The position numbers were made by a program, and so were the translations under genes. From NCBI RefSeq assembly GCF_009914755.1, contig NC_060927.1: a DNA stretch of 64,000 bases; one strand, given 5' to 3'. Each line of letters opens with the position of its first letter. The stretch's first letter is position 1. The notes under the pieces were generated by a model. The model ran no database searches, had not been told where the DNA came from, and saw only the letters and a program-made list of their open reading frames with translations. Shown here in pieces: positions 44,300 through 58,003 of this stretch. Source of the DNA: the human T2T-CHM13v2.0 reference genome, Homo sapiens.

Positions 44300-44482
44300 G
44301 TATATTTCTCTTGTCAGTTATCTTTTGTTCAATGTATTTTGAAGTTTGTTTTTTAACCCTAGATGTTAAGCATCTAGGATTGTTATGTTCTCTTGGCATA
44401 TTCACCCTTTTATTATTATGAAATGTTCCTTTATATCTTTGGTAATATTCTTTGATCTGAAGTCTACTTCATCTAATATTAA

Positions 44483-44845
<363 letters not shown>

Positions 44846-45494
44846 ATGGTATATCTTTTTCTATAAAATTTTTTTAACTTTAATTTTCCTGTGTCTACAA
44901 TTAAAGTGGGGTTCCTGTAGACAGCATATGTTAATACTTCGGTCTTCTTTAAAATCTGGTTGACTTTTTTTTTTTTAGTGGTTACATAGGATTCACAATA
45001 TATCTTTAACTTATCACACTCTACCCTTAAATAATATAATACCACTTCAGGATATAATACAGAAACTTACAACAATATTATTTAATTCTTCGATCTTTTG
45101 TACTGTTGTTATTATACATTTTATTTCTGTTATAAATCCCACAACATGTTATTATTTTTCTTTGAATAACCAGTTATGTTTTAAATAAATTTTAAAATAA
45201 AAACCTTTCATATTTGCCCACTTATTTATTATTTCTGGTGTTTTTCATTCCTTTGTATAGATCCAAGTTTCCATCAGTATGATTTTTCTTCCAGCTGAAA
45301 AACTTCTATTTATATTTATTAAAAATTTCTGTTTATAGTTAAAAAGTATAAATATAAAGTAAAAGCAATTCTTGTTGTAGAGCAGGTTTGTTGACAATGC
45401 ATTCTCTCAGTTTGTGTTTGTCTGAAAAGATCTTTACTTCATCTTTGGTTTTGAAAGATATTTTTACTTCCTATTGATTTGTTTTCCTTTCAGA

Positions 45495-45731
45495 ATTTTT
45501 TTTTTTCTCTTTTTGAGACAGAGTCTCACTCTGTCACCCAGGCTGGAATGCAGTGGCGTAATCTCGGCTTACTGCAACCTCCTCCTCCCGGGTTCAAGTG
45601 ATTCTTCTGCCTCAGCCTCCTGAGTAGCTGGGACTACAGGCACGTGCCACCATGCCTGGCTAATTTTTGTATCTTTTAGTAGAGACGGGGTTTCACCATA
45701 TTGACCAAGCTGGTCTCAAACTCCTGACCTC
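45495..45731 (-). mobile_element. 5'-truncated AluS
   Basis: Ends at ctcctgacctc; TSD-like tttcagaatttt on both sides. Confidence 0.9.
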
Positions 45732-47534
45732 ATTTCTTTCAGAATTTTTAAAGTGTCATTCCACTGTCTTCTGGCTTGCACTTTTTTCTAATGATAAATC
45801 ATGGAAATTCTCATTTTGTTTTTTATGTGTTATTTGTCTTTTAAAAATCTGTCTGCTTTTACGATTTTCTCCTTATCCTTGGTTTTCAGCAATATGCTGT
45901 CATGTAGTTTTATTTGTGCATACCTTTCTTGGGATTAAGTGAGTTTACTAAATCTGTGGTTTTAGAAATGTTTTCAAATTTGGAAGAATTTCAGGTATTA
46001 TTTCATCAAGTATTTTTCTGGCCTTTACTTCTTCACACATATGTTCAACTACTTGATATGTTTCCATAGTTAATAGGCTCTGTTAATTTATTTTAGTCTT
46101 TTTTTTCTTTTGCATGTATCATTTTGGAGGGTTTTTATTGTTATGTCTTCAAATTCACTTGCCTTTTCTTCTGCAGTGTTTAATTAGCTGGTAATTTCAT
46201 CCAATAAAGTTTTAATTTAATACCTCTTTTTTTATCCGTATAGTTTTTATTTGTTCTTTTTTATAGCTCTCATTTCTTTTCGCATTATGTCTGTTTACAT
46301 GAGCATATTTGTAATAGTTGTTTTAATATCCTTTTTTGTTAACTCCAAAGTCTCTGTCATTCTGGGTATGTTTTTATTGACTGATGTTTCCCCTAAGTAT
46401 GGGTCACATTTTCCTGCATTTTTGTATGTCTAGTAATTTTTACTGGATGCTAGGCATTGTCACAGTTACCTTTTTGAGTGGATGACTTCTGTTTCTTGTA
46501 AAGAATATTAAATTTTTATTGTGGCATGCACTTAGGGAACTTAGAATCAGCTCATTTTTTTCAAAGTTTGTGTTAAATTTTTCTAAGGCAGGTCTAGAGT
46601 AGCCTTTATTTTAGGTCTCTTTTATTTAGTTTTACTACCAAGTTACAACTCTTCTAGGATCTGCACTGAGTTCACTGGGTGTTAAATGAGATCTCTTCCC
46701 TCTGGCTGGATCTCTACTATCTCATAGCCTGTGTAAGCTCTAGGAACTGTTCAGCATACAGATTCTCAGTACTTCTTTGCATAGCTTTGTGGAGTTTTAA
46801 CCTAAGCATTCAGAGCTTAGTTTTCAGCAATAGATTCAAGGAGACCCCTATGCAGATTCTAGGCTCGTTCTCTGCATAGTTCTCTCTGTTCCAGTGCTCT
46901 GCCCCATAAATTCCAGCTGATTTAGCCTCCCTTAACCCTGATCTCTGCTTGCTTAACTTGGCAAGACTGCAGTGTTATGCTTGTGTTCCTTCCCCTGCAC
47001 CACTGTCTGGAAAAGTGACTCTTGGCAGAAAGCCAGGGAAACTGTAGGGCTTGCTTGTTTGTTTCATGACTCTTGTTGATCATAGTTCTGCACTTCTTGT
47101 TGTCTAGGATTTGGAAATAGCTGTTTCATAAATTTGTCCAACTTTCTTATTGTTTTCAGTGGTAGGACAACTCTGGTAGCAGTTACTCTGTCATAACTAT
47201 AAGATAGAGATGAGCTTTTAAAAAGACCACATTCACAGCAGTGGTGACTATAAGCTTTTTTTCATACAGCCTCACATGAAGGAGCTTTGGGAACTGAAAA
47301 GGACTATGGAGAATCAGAGATCTTGAGATTTGACAGTGGTAGCAGAAGTCCAAGATGCCAGGGAAGATAGCTTAGCAGAAAATCTGACAGCCAGGCTAGA
47401 ACAATCAGGATTTCTGATGTGTAGGCTTGGAATAGAATAGATTTCAGTACTTTCTATCTAAAAATTATTTGCCTCTTATTGAAGCAGAGGACCCAATATG
47501 AGATAGACAAGGGACTCTTCTTCTGATAATTGGA

Positions 47535-47704
47535 TTGCAACCTTGGCTACATACTTAAATCATTGAGGGAGCTTTTACAAATCCTGGTTCTTAAGTTGTA
47601 CTGAAAAAAATAAATCAGTCTGTGGGATGAGTCTAGGCATGTGTATCTTTTAAAGCTCCTTGGGTAATTTCAGTGTGCTGCCAAAGCTGGGGACCACTGC
47701 TCTA
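47535..47704. mobile_element. MER5A-type hAT-Charlie element
   Basis: aaccttggctacatac...atcttttaaagctccttgggtaatttcagtgtgctgccaaagctggggaccactgctcta. Confidence 0.75.
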
Positions 47705-50700
47705 AGGTGCTCCACTGCCAGCATGGAGGGTTAGGGTTAGAGTTAGTATTAGGGTTTCACTTTGGGGAGCTCTATTAGCTGTTCTGCATATCTTGTCTCT
47801 TTACTATCCCCTTCCTTTCCTTTCCTGAACACTTTCTCAGCTGCTCTTGTTCTACTCAGAGGAAGACCCAGGTGATGAGACAGTGGGGAAGGCCAGGCAG
47901 GAGGTGTTGCAGTTGGGAGGAGGGAAGGGTGGACCCAGAAGAGGGTACAGGAAAGAACCCAGGAAGGGACCCAGGAAGGAGGAGGCAGAGAGCAGATGCT
48001 GCAGAAGCCAGGGTGTGTGGGGGTCCCCATTTCCCCTTCCCTTCTTTCTGCTGTCACACTTCCTTCCCCTGCTCCAGGCCCAAACAAGTCTGGAGCTAGC
48101 CAGCTCAGTTGGTGACTGTCCAATATCTTCTGCCCACACTTCCTGACCACAATCCTCCTTCGGGGTGATGAAAAGGCCCTGGAAGTCCCTTGCCATTTAC
48201 TGAGGAAGCGTGGGCTTGTCTCCTGGGAACAGAAGCCGTAGACTTTCTGTGATGGAAAGTGCCATGGGTCAGAGCTCATGCCCTGCCACTGACTTGCAGA
48301 ATGACCCTGGATCAGTTGCTTCTCCTCTCTGCACCTCAGTTTCCCCACTTCTAAAGTTAGAAGATTCAACTGCATGGTTTCCTTGATCCTCCACCTCTGT
48401 TTGAATGTGTGCAGGCAGCCTGTATTCCTTTGGGAAGGCTCCAGAAGTTGACTTTAAGGACCCTTTTCTCCCCAGAGGTGTGTGAGGTATGGTGAGTGTT
48501 GGCTCTGGCCTCTGCTCCTGAAGTGTGCCCAACTCTGAGGGGCAGGCTGGAAATAAAGACGGTTTTAGTAGCTGAGAAGACAGCAGGTGGATTGTTGGAT
48601 GTGTAATGGATCATTAAGTGAAACTGGACCTTAGCATGGCCTTTTCTTTTCCTTTAAAGCTGAGAAAAATGACATTTCAAAAGGGTCATGTTGGGGGCAG
48701 ACAACATGTTTGTTTTGAAAGGGACCACTCAGCACTCCCACTGATGATGTGGGAAAGGAAATACCTGCTCTCTGGGCTGAGGGTGTGCCATGGAGATTCC
48801 TGGAGATTGGGTGGGGTGAGGGTAGACAGCCAGATGGAGGGTGTGGGGAGAGGGCCCTGTCCTTGGAGGATGTCTGGGAGCTGGGTGGAAGCCAGTGCAA
48901 CAGGGACTCTCAAGACAAGGTTGGGCCTGGGGCTGTCTCAGGATGTGCTTGGAGCAGCAGTGTGGGAGGGATTTCTGAGCATGGAAGAAGGGCACAAAGC
49001 GGGAGCCAGGTCCCCAACCTAGGACATGCAGCAATGCTCTGGTGGGGCTCGGCCACAGCCGGCAGCAGAGATGCCCTCACAAGGACATTGGGCAGAAGGG
49101 GCAGCAGTGCTGGGGCCAGCGGTGAGCAGGGAGACTGGAAGCATGTCTGCGGCCTTGCTTCAGAGCCCATGTGGGATGGCACCTGGGAACCCCCAGAAAC
49201 ATCTGGAGAGCGGACCAACAGAGAGCCCAGAGTCTCTGCATTGGGAAGGCAGGGACTCACAGTGCTTGGCCCACAGCTCACTGAGGCACCACACAGAACA
49301 AGGCAAAGGCTGATTACGAGAGCAAAATATGTAGCACCCAGTGTCCACAGGTGTGTTTACAGAACTGCTGCTGTGATTATCGTCATTGTTAATGAGCTAT
49401 CATAGGAATGTTTTCATGAACTGTGGCCCAATTTACGTCGAACTTTTTGTTGACTTCTGCTTGGTTACCAGAGTGCCACTGTCCAGGCCTTTCCCTAACA
49501 TTTGTGGGGCCTACATCAAGAATGCAAATAGAGGCCCACATACTTTAACATCATAAATTCAGCCCACAACCAACTTCAGGAGCAATGCGAATTATTTAAT
49601 TTGAAAATCTTCCTCACTCCATATACAACTATTATGAACACAGCACTATATAATGAAAGCCTCTGGAGGCACACACTGGAACATGAAGAGAAGTTAGGAA
49701 ACGAGTGCTCAGCATGACTGGGAAAGTATATTCTGTTAATGTCATGCCAGGCCACCTATTGCATTCATGCTGACAGGAAGGACTGGGCAAGTTAATTTGT
49801 CTTTTCTTGATCTAAGCACTTCCAACTCCAACTACGCACGCTGTTCCTCTCCAATGTTACACCTTCACAGCATTCAGACAGTTGGTTTTGTTTTGAGGAC
49901 ACAGAGCAAAAGCTCCAGAGATGAGTTTTCCTGGTCCGTAACTGGTGCTAATTGAGAAAATGAATGTAAGGTTTTGTGTTTATAATATGTGGAGTGCTTG
50001 AAAGCATGGGGCCCTTCTTGCTGGGTCAGCATTGTTTTATTTCATCTAATTTTAGCTTTGGACCTTAGAAATAGACATTTCAGTTGAGTGTACTCCTCAG
50101 TGCATGACACAATATAATCTTCGGTGTGTCCAAGGGCCTCTTAACATCAGACATAAACTTCAGGTTGAGTTTTTCAAGAGATGAAGGGAACTATCACGTT
50201 AAGCTAAATGAATTGCTAAGATGATGATTCTCCTCTATTTTGAGAAATACAACTTAAAATGAATTTAAGATAGTTCAGCTTAACTCTTGAATTTTCAATC
50301 AAAAACAATTTTGAGGTTTTTCCTCAATATCAGTTAATAACCTATCAAGGATCAGAAGGACCAACCCCATTGGACATCAATAAATATTTATAGAGGTGAG
50401 TGTTTGGATTTCATGGGAGGAGGATACAGGGAAGCAAAGAAGGGGTGCCAAGCTAGCAGGCTGGCTGCCTATATGTGAGAAACAGGGGGTACAGCTTGTC
50501 TTATGTCCCCATCACTGGCTTATCCACTGTGGCCTTCCCCAGCAGTCAGCCACTTCTCTTCCTCCTGGCCGGGATTCTCTGAGTTAGGCTTGCTGGCCTT
50601 CCAATCTCTGTGTTTCCTGCCCCCTGCTGTCCATTCAGCTGGCACTGCTGGAGCCTCAACAATGTTTCTGGTGTCTCTTCCAACCCCAGGGGCCTGCCTG

Positions 50701-50799
50701 TGCTCTGTTGTGCCTATGCCTTTATCTCACCCCTACTGTACCCCCTGGAGCCAAAGGCTGTGCTTATAGAGACACTCACCTTGGTTATCAATCATGGAA

Positions 50800-51325
50800 T
50801 GGAACACTGGGAGTGAGCACACCCGCATAAGCCTGCCATGTTGGCAGCCAGTGGAAGGTGCCACTCAGTTCTCCCTCCGAGGGAACCTTGTGATGAGAGT
50901 GTAGTGAGCTGATGGCCACCAGCTGCGGCACCTTCAGGGTCTGTTGCTGTGTTTGAGCAGAGGCCACACTCTCCTGGGCAGCAATGGCCAATGACTGTGC
51001 ACAGCAGAGGCACTAGGGCCTTGACAATTTCTGTGCAATGCAGGATTTCTCTAATGAGTGATCTTGGTTCTAGAGCTCCCTCTTGGGCTGGCTGAGATTT
51101 TCCGGGGGCTGTACTGCTCTGAGGCTCTCCGTACCCACACACACCTCTTTCCTTCCCCATCTCCTTTTGCAAGGATCAGGACTGCATTGCAGTTTGAAGG
51201 CTCTTTCTGCCTCCTCCTGCTCCTTCTTCCCTTTCAATCTTCACAGTCATTTCCCCTAATAAATCTCTTTGCATTTCTAACTCCATCCTGCCATCTGCTT
51301 CCCGGAGGACCTGAATTGACCCAAC
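50800..51325 (+). mobile_element. ERVL-class LTR, old
   Basis: 3' end cccctaataaatctctttgca...tctgcttcccggaggacctgaattgac typical of the LTR16/33/41 group; left boundary uncertain. Confidence 0.55.
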
Positions 51326-52512
51326 TTGTGAGGCAGTCTGTGTTAGAAGAGCCATGTGTGGCTTTTCAATTGCTGGCAGAGAGGGAAAGAGTGGTTTGAG
51401 GGTAGGGTGGATCAGCAGTGGCCCGTCCAGAGCCACTTCCCTGTAAGAGCACTGCTTGAGCAGGAAGTGAAATGGGGCAAAGTGTAATGGGGCCCCTTGC
51501 TTGCTATATTCCCCTAGGTCTGCCCCCTTTTCTGTAAAGAATATAGACAGCCTGGGATCAAGTCTGGTGCTCATCTGCTCCTTTGGCCGTTATTCACCCC
51601 CAAGCTCCACTGCTTTTACAGGATCTTGCAACAGGTGGAGTGCAACTGGGAAGACACTGGCAGTGAGGCCCTGTTTTCATTTGGCTGAATTTCCTACACT
51701 GAATTCATATCTGTTGCTACTTATTTGTGCAAATATCTTGTCAATGTCTATCTTCACCCTCAGAATATAAGCCCCATGATTAGGGGAACCCTGACTGTCC
51801 TATTCAGAGTTGATTCCCTAGAACCAAAATGTTGTCTAAAACATAACAGGTACTCAAAAATATTGCTTGATGAATAAATGAGTGGGTGAATGCAGGGTAG
51901 ACCATATTCTTATTCTTCCAGCAGCTTTAAAAACAAACCAAGAATTATATTTTGGTTTGTCCCAACAGTTGGGATGCTGATTATCCCAACAGTTGAGTAT
52001 TCTAGCCAAAAAATATATGTCCCACATATATTTTTGTAAATGTAATGGGCACATTCCCTGTGGTTCCTGTTTTAGAGCTGTCATCTTGTCTTCAAGATCA
52101 TTTTCTTTTTTCCCCATGTGAAACCTGTTTCCACATCCCCTGCACCCAGACTTCCCCCAGGAGGCTAAAGCCAGCCCTATCTGTGTTGGGTAACTTATTT
52201 AGGGTGTCTGAGATTACTCCTAACTCCAGGAAAGCCTGTGAGATGACATTCCAAAGAGCACTCCCCCACTGTCTTCTTTCATATAAATAATTACAGGCTC
52301 TTCTTCCCAAGGTTCTGAAAAAACTTCCCCATGGGCCAGAGTCCCTTGGAAAGTGGTCCAAGCCCACTGTCAGTGAGGTACAGTCACACATAAAAACCGT
52401 CCTCTGTCACTTTTTACACGCATGGGGCAAGCCCACAAGTAACCATTTGTCAATACTGAGAAGAAAAACAATGGTCAAGCTCAAGAGTTAAGTCCATTCA
52501 AGACTTGCTGGG

Positions 52513-52892
52513 TGATATGGTTTAGGTTTATGTACCCACCCAAATCTCATGTTGAATTGTAATCCCCAGTGTTGGAGGAGGGACCTGGTAGGAGGTGTTT
52601 GGATCATGGGGCGGATTTCCCCCTTGCTGTTCTTATTACAGTGAGTGAGTTCTCACGAGATCTCATTGTTTGAAAGTGTGTAGCACTTCCCACTTCACTC
52701 TGTCTCTTTTGCCAGCCATGTGAAGATGTGCTGGCTTCCCTTTTGCCTTCGGCCATGATTGTAAGTTTCCTGAGGCCTCCCCAGAAGCAGAAGCCTGTAC
52801 AGCCCACAGAACCTTAAGCCAATTAAACTTTTCTTTATAAATTACCTGGTCTCAGGTATGTCTTTATAGTAGTGCAAGAAGGCACCAACACA
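52513..52892 (+). mobile_element. MST/THE1-type MaLR solo LTR
   Basis: tgatatggttt...caccaacaca; perfect TSD CTGGG at 52508-52512 and 52893-52897. Confidence 0.92.
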
Positions 52893-53281
52893 CTGGGCTT
52901 TCACAGAGTGGGGGAGGGAGGACTTTTCTACTCTTATGTCTTCACCAAGGAACAAAACAGAAACTGTTTGCTGAAAAGGCAGTAAGCTGGGATGGTTATT
53001 GCTGAGCCATGGCTCCTTTGAAAAATAGGGTTAGTTGGCTCATGTGGAATGTATTATATGTGCTCACAGAGGGGGCTGGGCTCTGGATAAAGTCCTGTGT
53101 TTCCTTCCCACCTGGTTACCTCAGGACACTGAGACAACTAAAGGGCAAGTTACCAGACCAGGGATGAGTCCTTTCAGCAAAAGAGTCTCTCTATCTGAGT
53201 CTCACTCACTTGTGTACTCTGTCTGTCTTCCAGAAAACATTATATAGAAGGAAAGTTCTCCAAGATCAAGGCAGGAAATAG

Positions 53282-53830
53282 TATATTCGTTCAACAAACA
53301 CTCATGACATGTGTTCCATGTGCCAGGAATTGCTCTAAGAGCTGAGGATGCAGCAGTAAAAAAACACATGACCCCTGTTCTTGTAGAGCTTGTGCTTTAA
53401 TGTAGAGGAAAGACAAGGAAATAAACTAGCAGCAAATAAAAGGAAAAAGCAATTTCTGATAGTAATGAGTTCCAGGAAGACAATAAGACAAGATAATGTG
53501 ATGGAGAGGATGGGTTCTCTTTGACTTGAGACATGGGTTAGTGAGGGGTTTGCTAATTTGGATTGGTAGTCAGGAAGTAGTGCAAGAAGGCACTAACTTC
53601 TTGCACTTCTTCACCAAACAGGTGCCATTTGAGTTAATACCTGAACAACCCCAAAAAGCTAGCCACACAAAGACATAGGGGTAGCATTCTCCCGGCAGAA
53701 GGAAGAGCAAGAGCTGAGGTAGGAATGAGCTACACGTGTTTGAGGAATCAAAGGAAGGTCCAAGTGATTGAAGTACAATGGACTTGGGGAGAGGACAGGA
53801 CAGAGAAGTAGAAGGGGCCAGATTACATGA
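53282..53830 (-). mobile_element. L2 LINE 3' region
   Basis: attcgttcaacaaaca...atgtgccagg...tgctctaag...gatgcagcagt; ggtgccatttgag...cctgaa; tgtttgaggaa. Confidence 0.7.
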
Positions 53831-56800
53831 TGATAACCAAACTCATTAACTAATGAAAACATCATCAGTTCTATGCCTCTCTCAATCTCTAGGCACTTAA
53901 CACCAGGGGCCTGTTTATGTAGAAATTGCTGATTGACTATAGGCTGTGGGATCTGAGACAGTGTTGGTCACTTCCACAATCACACATATATGCAGGTGTA
54001 TCTAGAATTCTTCATTCCTGCCAAGCTTCTGGCTGGTCCCTTCCATAATATTTCATTATCATGGTGGCTGAGTGGTTTTGCACTCATCCAAACACCTCCC
54101 ACCAGGTCTCTCCTCCAACACTGGTTTTGCACTTGGCATTCCACCACAGCTACAGAATCCCCATTTAAACAGTTCATGTTATATGAGAGAGAAGTGTTTA
54201 GGCCTTTTCTCTTCGCAGTGTTATCTCTGACTTCCACGTTAACTCTCTTGCTAAACAGCAGGGGGCTATAGATCAAGTCGGATTCAAAAAACTACACCAA
54301 AACTTCTCATTGGTTAAACCAGGGTTTTGCAGAGTTTTATAGCACCTCCACTTATTTTCCCTAGTGATGTTTTTCTTCTCTTACTTTTTGTTAACTGTTT
54401 GTGTCAAAAGAGTCATTTGAAATTCATGCTTCCCACCCAGTGAATGAATCTCAGTGCCAATGTCCTTGTCAGGTGGTTGTTCATCCTTGGCTGGGGAGTT
54501 CATCTCCTTCTGAAGAAGGCGGTTCCTTTGTTGAACAACTTTAGTTATTAGAAAACTCATCTACCTATTGAATTTATCTTCCAGTAACATTCATTAGCAT
54601 GATATTTGAGGAGAGTTAGCTTGTAGTCTTAGAGTCTTCTCTTCCCCAGGATAACATCACCTCAGCTGTTCTCCCTGGTGAACTTTCCAGATCCTCAGAA
54701 GCCCTCAGATACACTTATATCCATTAGGATATTCTCATTAAGAAATGACTGAAAATCCAAATCAAATTGGTTTAAGTCAACAGGGGAACTTAAGGGCTCA
54801 TCTAACTGAAAAGTCCATGCGCCAGGACAGTCAAAGTTCAGAGGCTGGTTCTCCCAGTCTTTGGCTCAGCCTTCCTTTGTGTTGGGTTCATTCTAGCCTC
54901 CCACTTGGTTGTCCCCAGAGCACGAGGCTCACATCAGAGTTTAAACGCGATGCTCTGATTGGCCAGTCCAGACTACATTCCCGTGGTAGAGCAGGGGGAA
55001 GGGAACAACTGCTTCAGGAACAGAGTGGTACTGAGCATGAAGGAGAGGGGGTCCTCTGGAGGAGAAATGGGGTATAGCTAGCTGGAGATAAAAGTGAATA
55101 GGGGATAAAACAACAGCACTTCAACTGAGCCACAGATTTAAAAGTAACCAATATTTCCCACTTCGGCAGCTTGGGTACAATTAAGATCATATTTCTTCAT
55201 GCAGTATTCCAATGGAAGACTTCAAGTCTCCAATCCCAACTCATCTTTTCCTCCTTCCTGGGGTCTACCCTGCTGGGATAAACCAAGAAGTGTCCAGGCT
55301 GTTAACTTGTGTTTACTGTGTTTCATCTTTGGTAGAAACACTGCATGGTGTTTGGGGTGAAAGCAGAACTCAGACCTATTCCAGAAGCCAGAGATCAAGC
55401 ATCACATCCGATGCTTCTGAGATGTATGAAGTTTCCATGCTGTTGCTGTTGCTGCTTCTGTTGCCACTCTCACCACAGAAGGGTGTCACACCACTGGTCA
55501 CATTTAAAAACTTGACCAGCTGAGACTGAGCCTTCTGTTCAGGGGGCTGCCTATGGCAGCGGCAGGGGTTCCTCTGGTTAGGATGGAGGTGGATTTTCCA
55601 CTCCTCTCCTTCCCCACGTCCTGGTGCAATTCAGCCAATGGTGTCCTTAACAAAGTACGGCCATATCTGGCTTCCAAGCATGTGCATAAACAAGTCTTTA
55701 ATGTTTGAAGGCTTTTGAGGATGATGAAGAATTACTACTCTTGCACCCTGTTTAGTGATTCATTAATGTTCCAAATTTATCAAATAATTAGCATTCCATT
55801 AACTTTAAATATTTCTCAACATGTTCACACAATATTCACACAATTATAAATCGAAATGTCTTTATTTGATTAAAAGCTTCCAATTGATTGCAAATTATTA
55901 ATCTTCTAGATATTTATCATATTCTAAAATCCATTATATCAGATTTTCTTAAAAGCTTCAAATACTTTTAAAAACAACCCAAATATCACAGTGATTATAA
56001 CACTAATTATTAAACTTATGTTGAAACCATTTATTAAAGTGCTAGTACCTAGATTTATTTATTTTATCTGCTTGTATCTTTATTCTTTCTTTTATTCTAA
56101 TTTCTCATTTAAGTTCTTTTCCTAGGATTTCCACCCCCAAAGGAAAAAAACAATCGCTCATTTAGAGTAGCCAAGATTGTGGGATGTGAGCTGTAAATTC
56201 TTGAGTAGGACCAGGAACTTGTACCTTAAATCCCAGTCTCCGGGGGTCAGGCTGAGGCTGAAGCCCTTTGATAATTTAGCTTAATTTTTAGTTCCCTGGA
56301 ATTGGTGCAGATTTTAATTTTCGGAAGGGAGATGTCTTTCCAGAAATGATTGACCCCTAAGATTTGCACACTGGCTTCCTGACCCTCTGCCCTGCCACTG
56401 TGGTTCTTGGGCTTGGTTAGGATCCCTGCAGGTGTAACTTTATGAGTAGCTTGAAGTCGAGTCGGGCCAGTCAGCATCATCTTCGGGACATTTGATTCCT
56501 TTGTTATCTTGGAACCCACACTTGACTTCTTTGTAACTGGCTACTGTGAGTGACCACCCTGGCTGGCCAATTTTGGGCCTCCTCCCACGAGGCTCTGTCT
56601 GTGGCCTCTGGTACCAGTCAGCGGGTCTTGTTCTTGGAACAGCAACTTACTTTTCTGGCTTTCCTTGGCTTAGTCACAATTTCTGTTTTTTTAAAAAATT
56701 TACACTTGAAGAACTTATTTTTACTTTATAAATATCTGTTTAACAGAAGAAATAAAATAACCCTATGTATGTGTACATAGGTGTGTGGATATGTGTATGT

Positions 56801-57722
56801 GTGTATATAGGTATGCACACAAAGTCTCTCTCTTTCATGTCTTCTAAAATTACTTTAAAAATAATCTATTGTATCATATTCATTGCATATTCATTGTTTT
56901 TTTTTTTATTTTAACCAGGTCATTTGTAGTCTCAATATTAACTTTTTCTTGAGTATTATTGTCCTCTGGCTTTTCATAAGCCCGAACTGTTTGAACCAGT
57001 TACATTTATGATTCCCCATTTGATGCTCAGTGTCCCAGCTCAGCCTGTGGGAGGCCCTACAAGCCAGCTCCTTGTTCTATCAGCACTGCCTCAAATATCC
57101 CAGAAAACATCCTTACCTTCTGGCAACAACTAGAGGATGTTCCAAACCCTCCCCGATTTTTCCTTATTTTTAGGGACCAAAACATAGGCACTCTGAATGC
57201 ACAGGGGAGTCGGGGGAGAACAAAATCATGTCTGTTGTTTCATTTTTGGAAAAAGAAATTAATTTTTTTTTTAAGGAATGTGTTTGTCCTGGCTTTCTCA
57301 GTGTAACATGTCACGGTACCTGCTTTTCATGGTTGGTGTTCTCTTTCATAGTCTGGTCTCAGGAGCCACTCCAGCTTTTCCTACCTTCACAAGATATAGC
57401 TCCTTCGATTCACTCTGCCAGCCTCTCCACCACCTAGAAAGGCTGGGCCAGGACGTGCTCCAGCACCTCTTATACCATAAACCTCTAACCCTTTTCCTCT
57501 TTGGTCATTTAACTCAGCACAGCATCCCTGCCAGAGGTCCCATCCCTACCTACCTACACTTGTGGCAGTTTTGTTTTGGGAAGTTCACTATATCTCTCAG
57601 TTCTGCTTCATTAGAAACCCGCCTCATAGAAATATCATCCTTTATTTATTGTTAGAAAAACAATGTATTTATTGAAGGTAGTTTAGGAAAGTCATTAAGT
57701 TACAGTGAAAAAATAAGAATTA

Positions 57723-58003
57723 GGCTGGGTGTGGTGGCTCACGTATGTAATCCTAACACTTTGGGAGGCTGAGGCAGGCAAATTGCTTTGGGCTCACAAG
57801 TTCGAGACCAGCATGGGCAACATGGCAAAACCCCATCTCTTCTAAAAATACAAAAAAATTAGCCAGCTGTGGTGGCGCACCCCGTGAGGTGGGAGGATGG
57901 TTTGAGCTTGGGAGGTGGAGGTGGCAGTGAGCCATGATCGCGACACTGCACTCTAGCCTAGGTGATGGAGCCAGACCCTGTCTCAAAAAAAAAAAAAAAA
58001 AAA
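57723..58003 (+). mobile_element. AluJ with an internal right-arm deletion
   Basis: ggctgggtgtggtggctcac...gagccatgatcgcgacactgcactc...accctgtctc plus poly(A). Confidence 0.92.

Noticed and set aside
47749-49405. Long ORFs 47749-48375 (-, 208 aa) and 48749-49405 (+, 218 aa)
   Set aside because: No recognisable domain; the first begins in a MIR (KLRCREEKQL is MIR-derived) and is antisense to the purine-rich exon-like segment. Several frames are open at once, as expected in GC-rich sequence.
51960-51995. Small palindrome TCCCAAC-A-GTTGGGA with a 12-bp direct repeat
   Set aside because: Too short to distinguish from chance or minor slippage.
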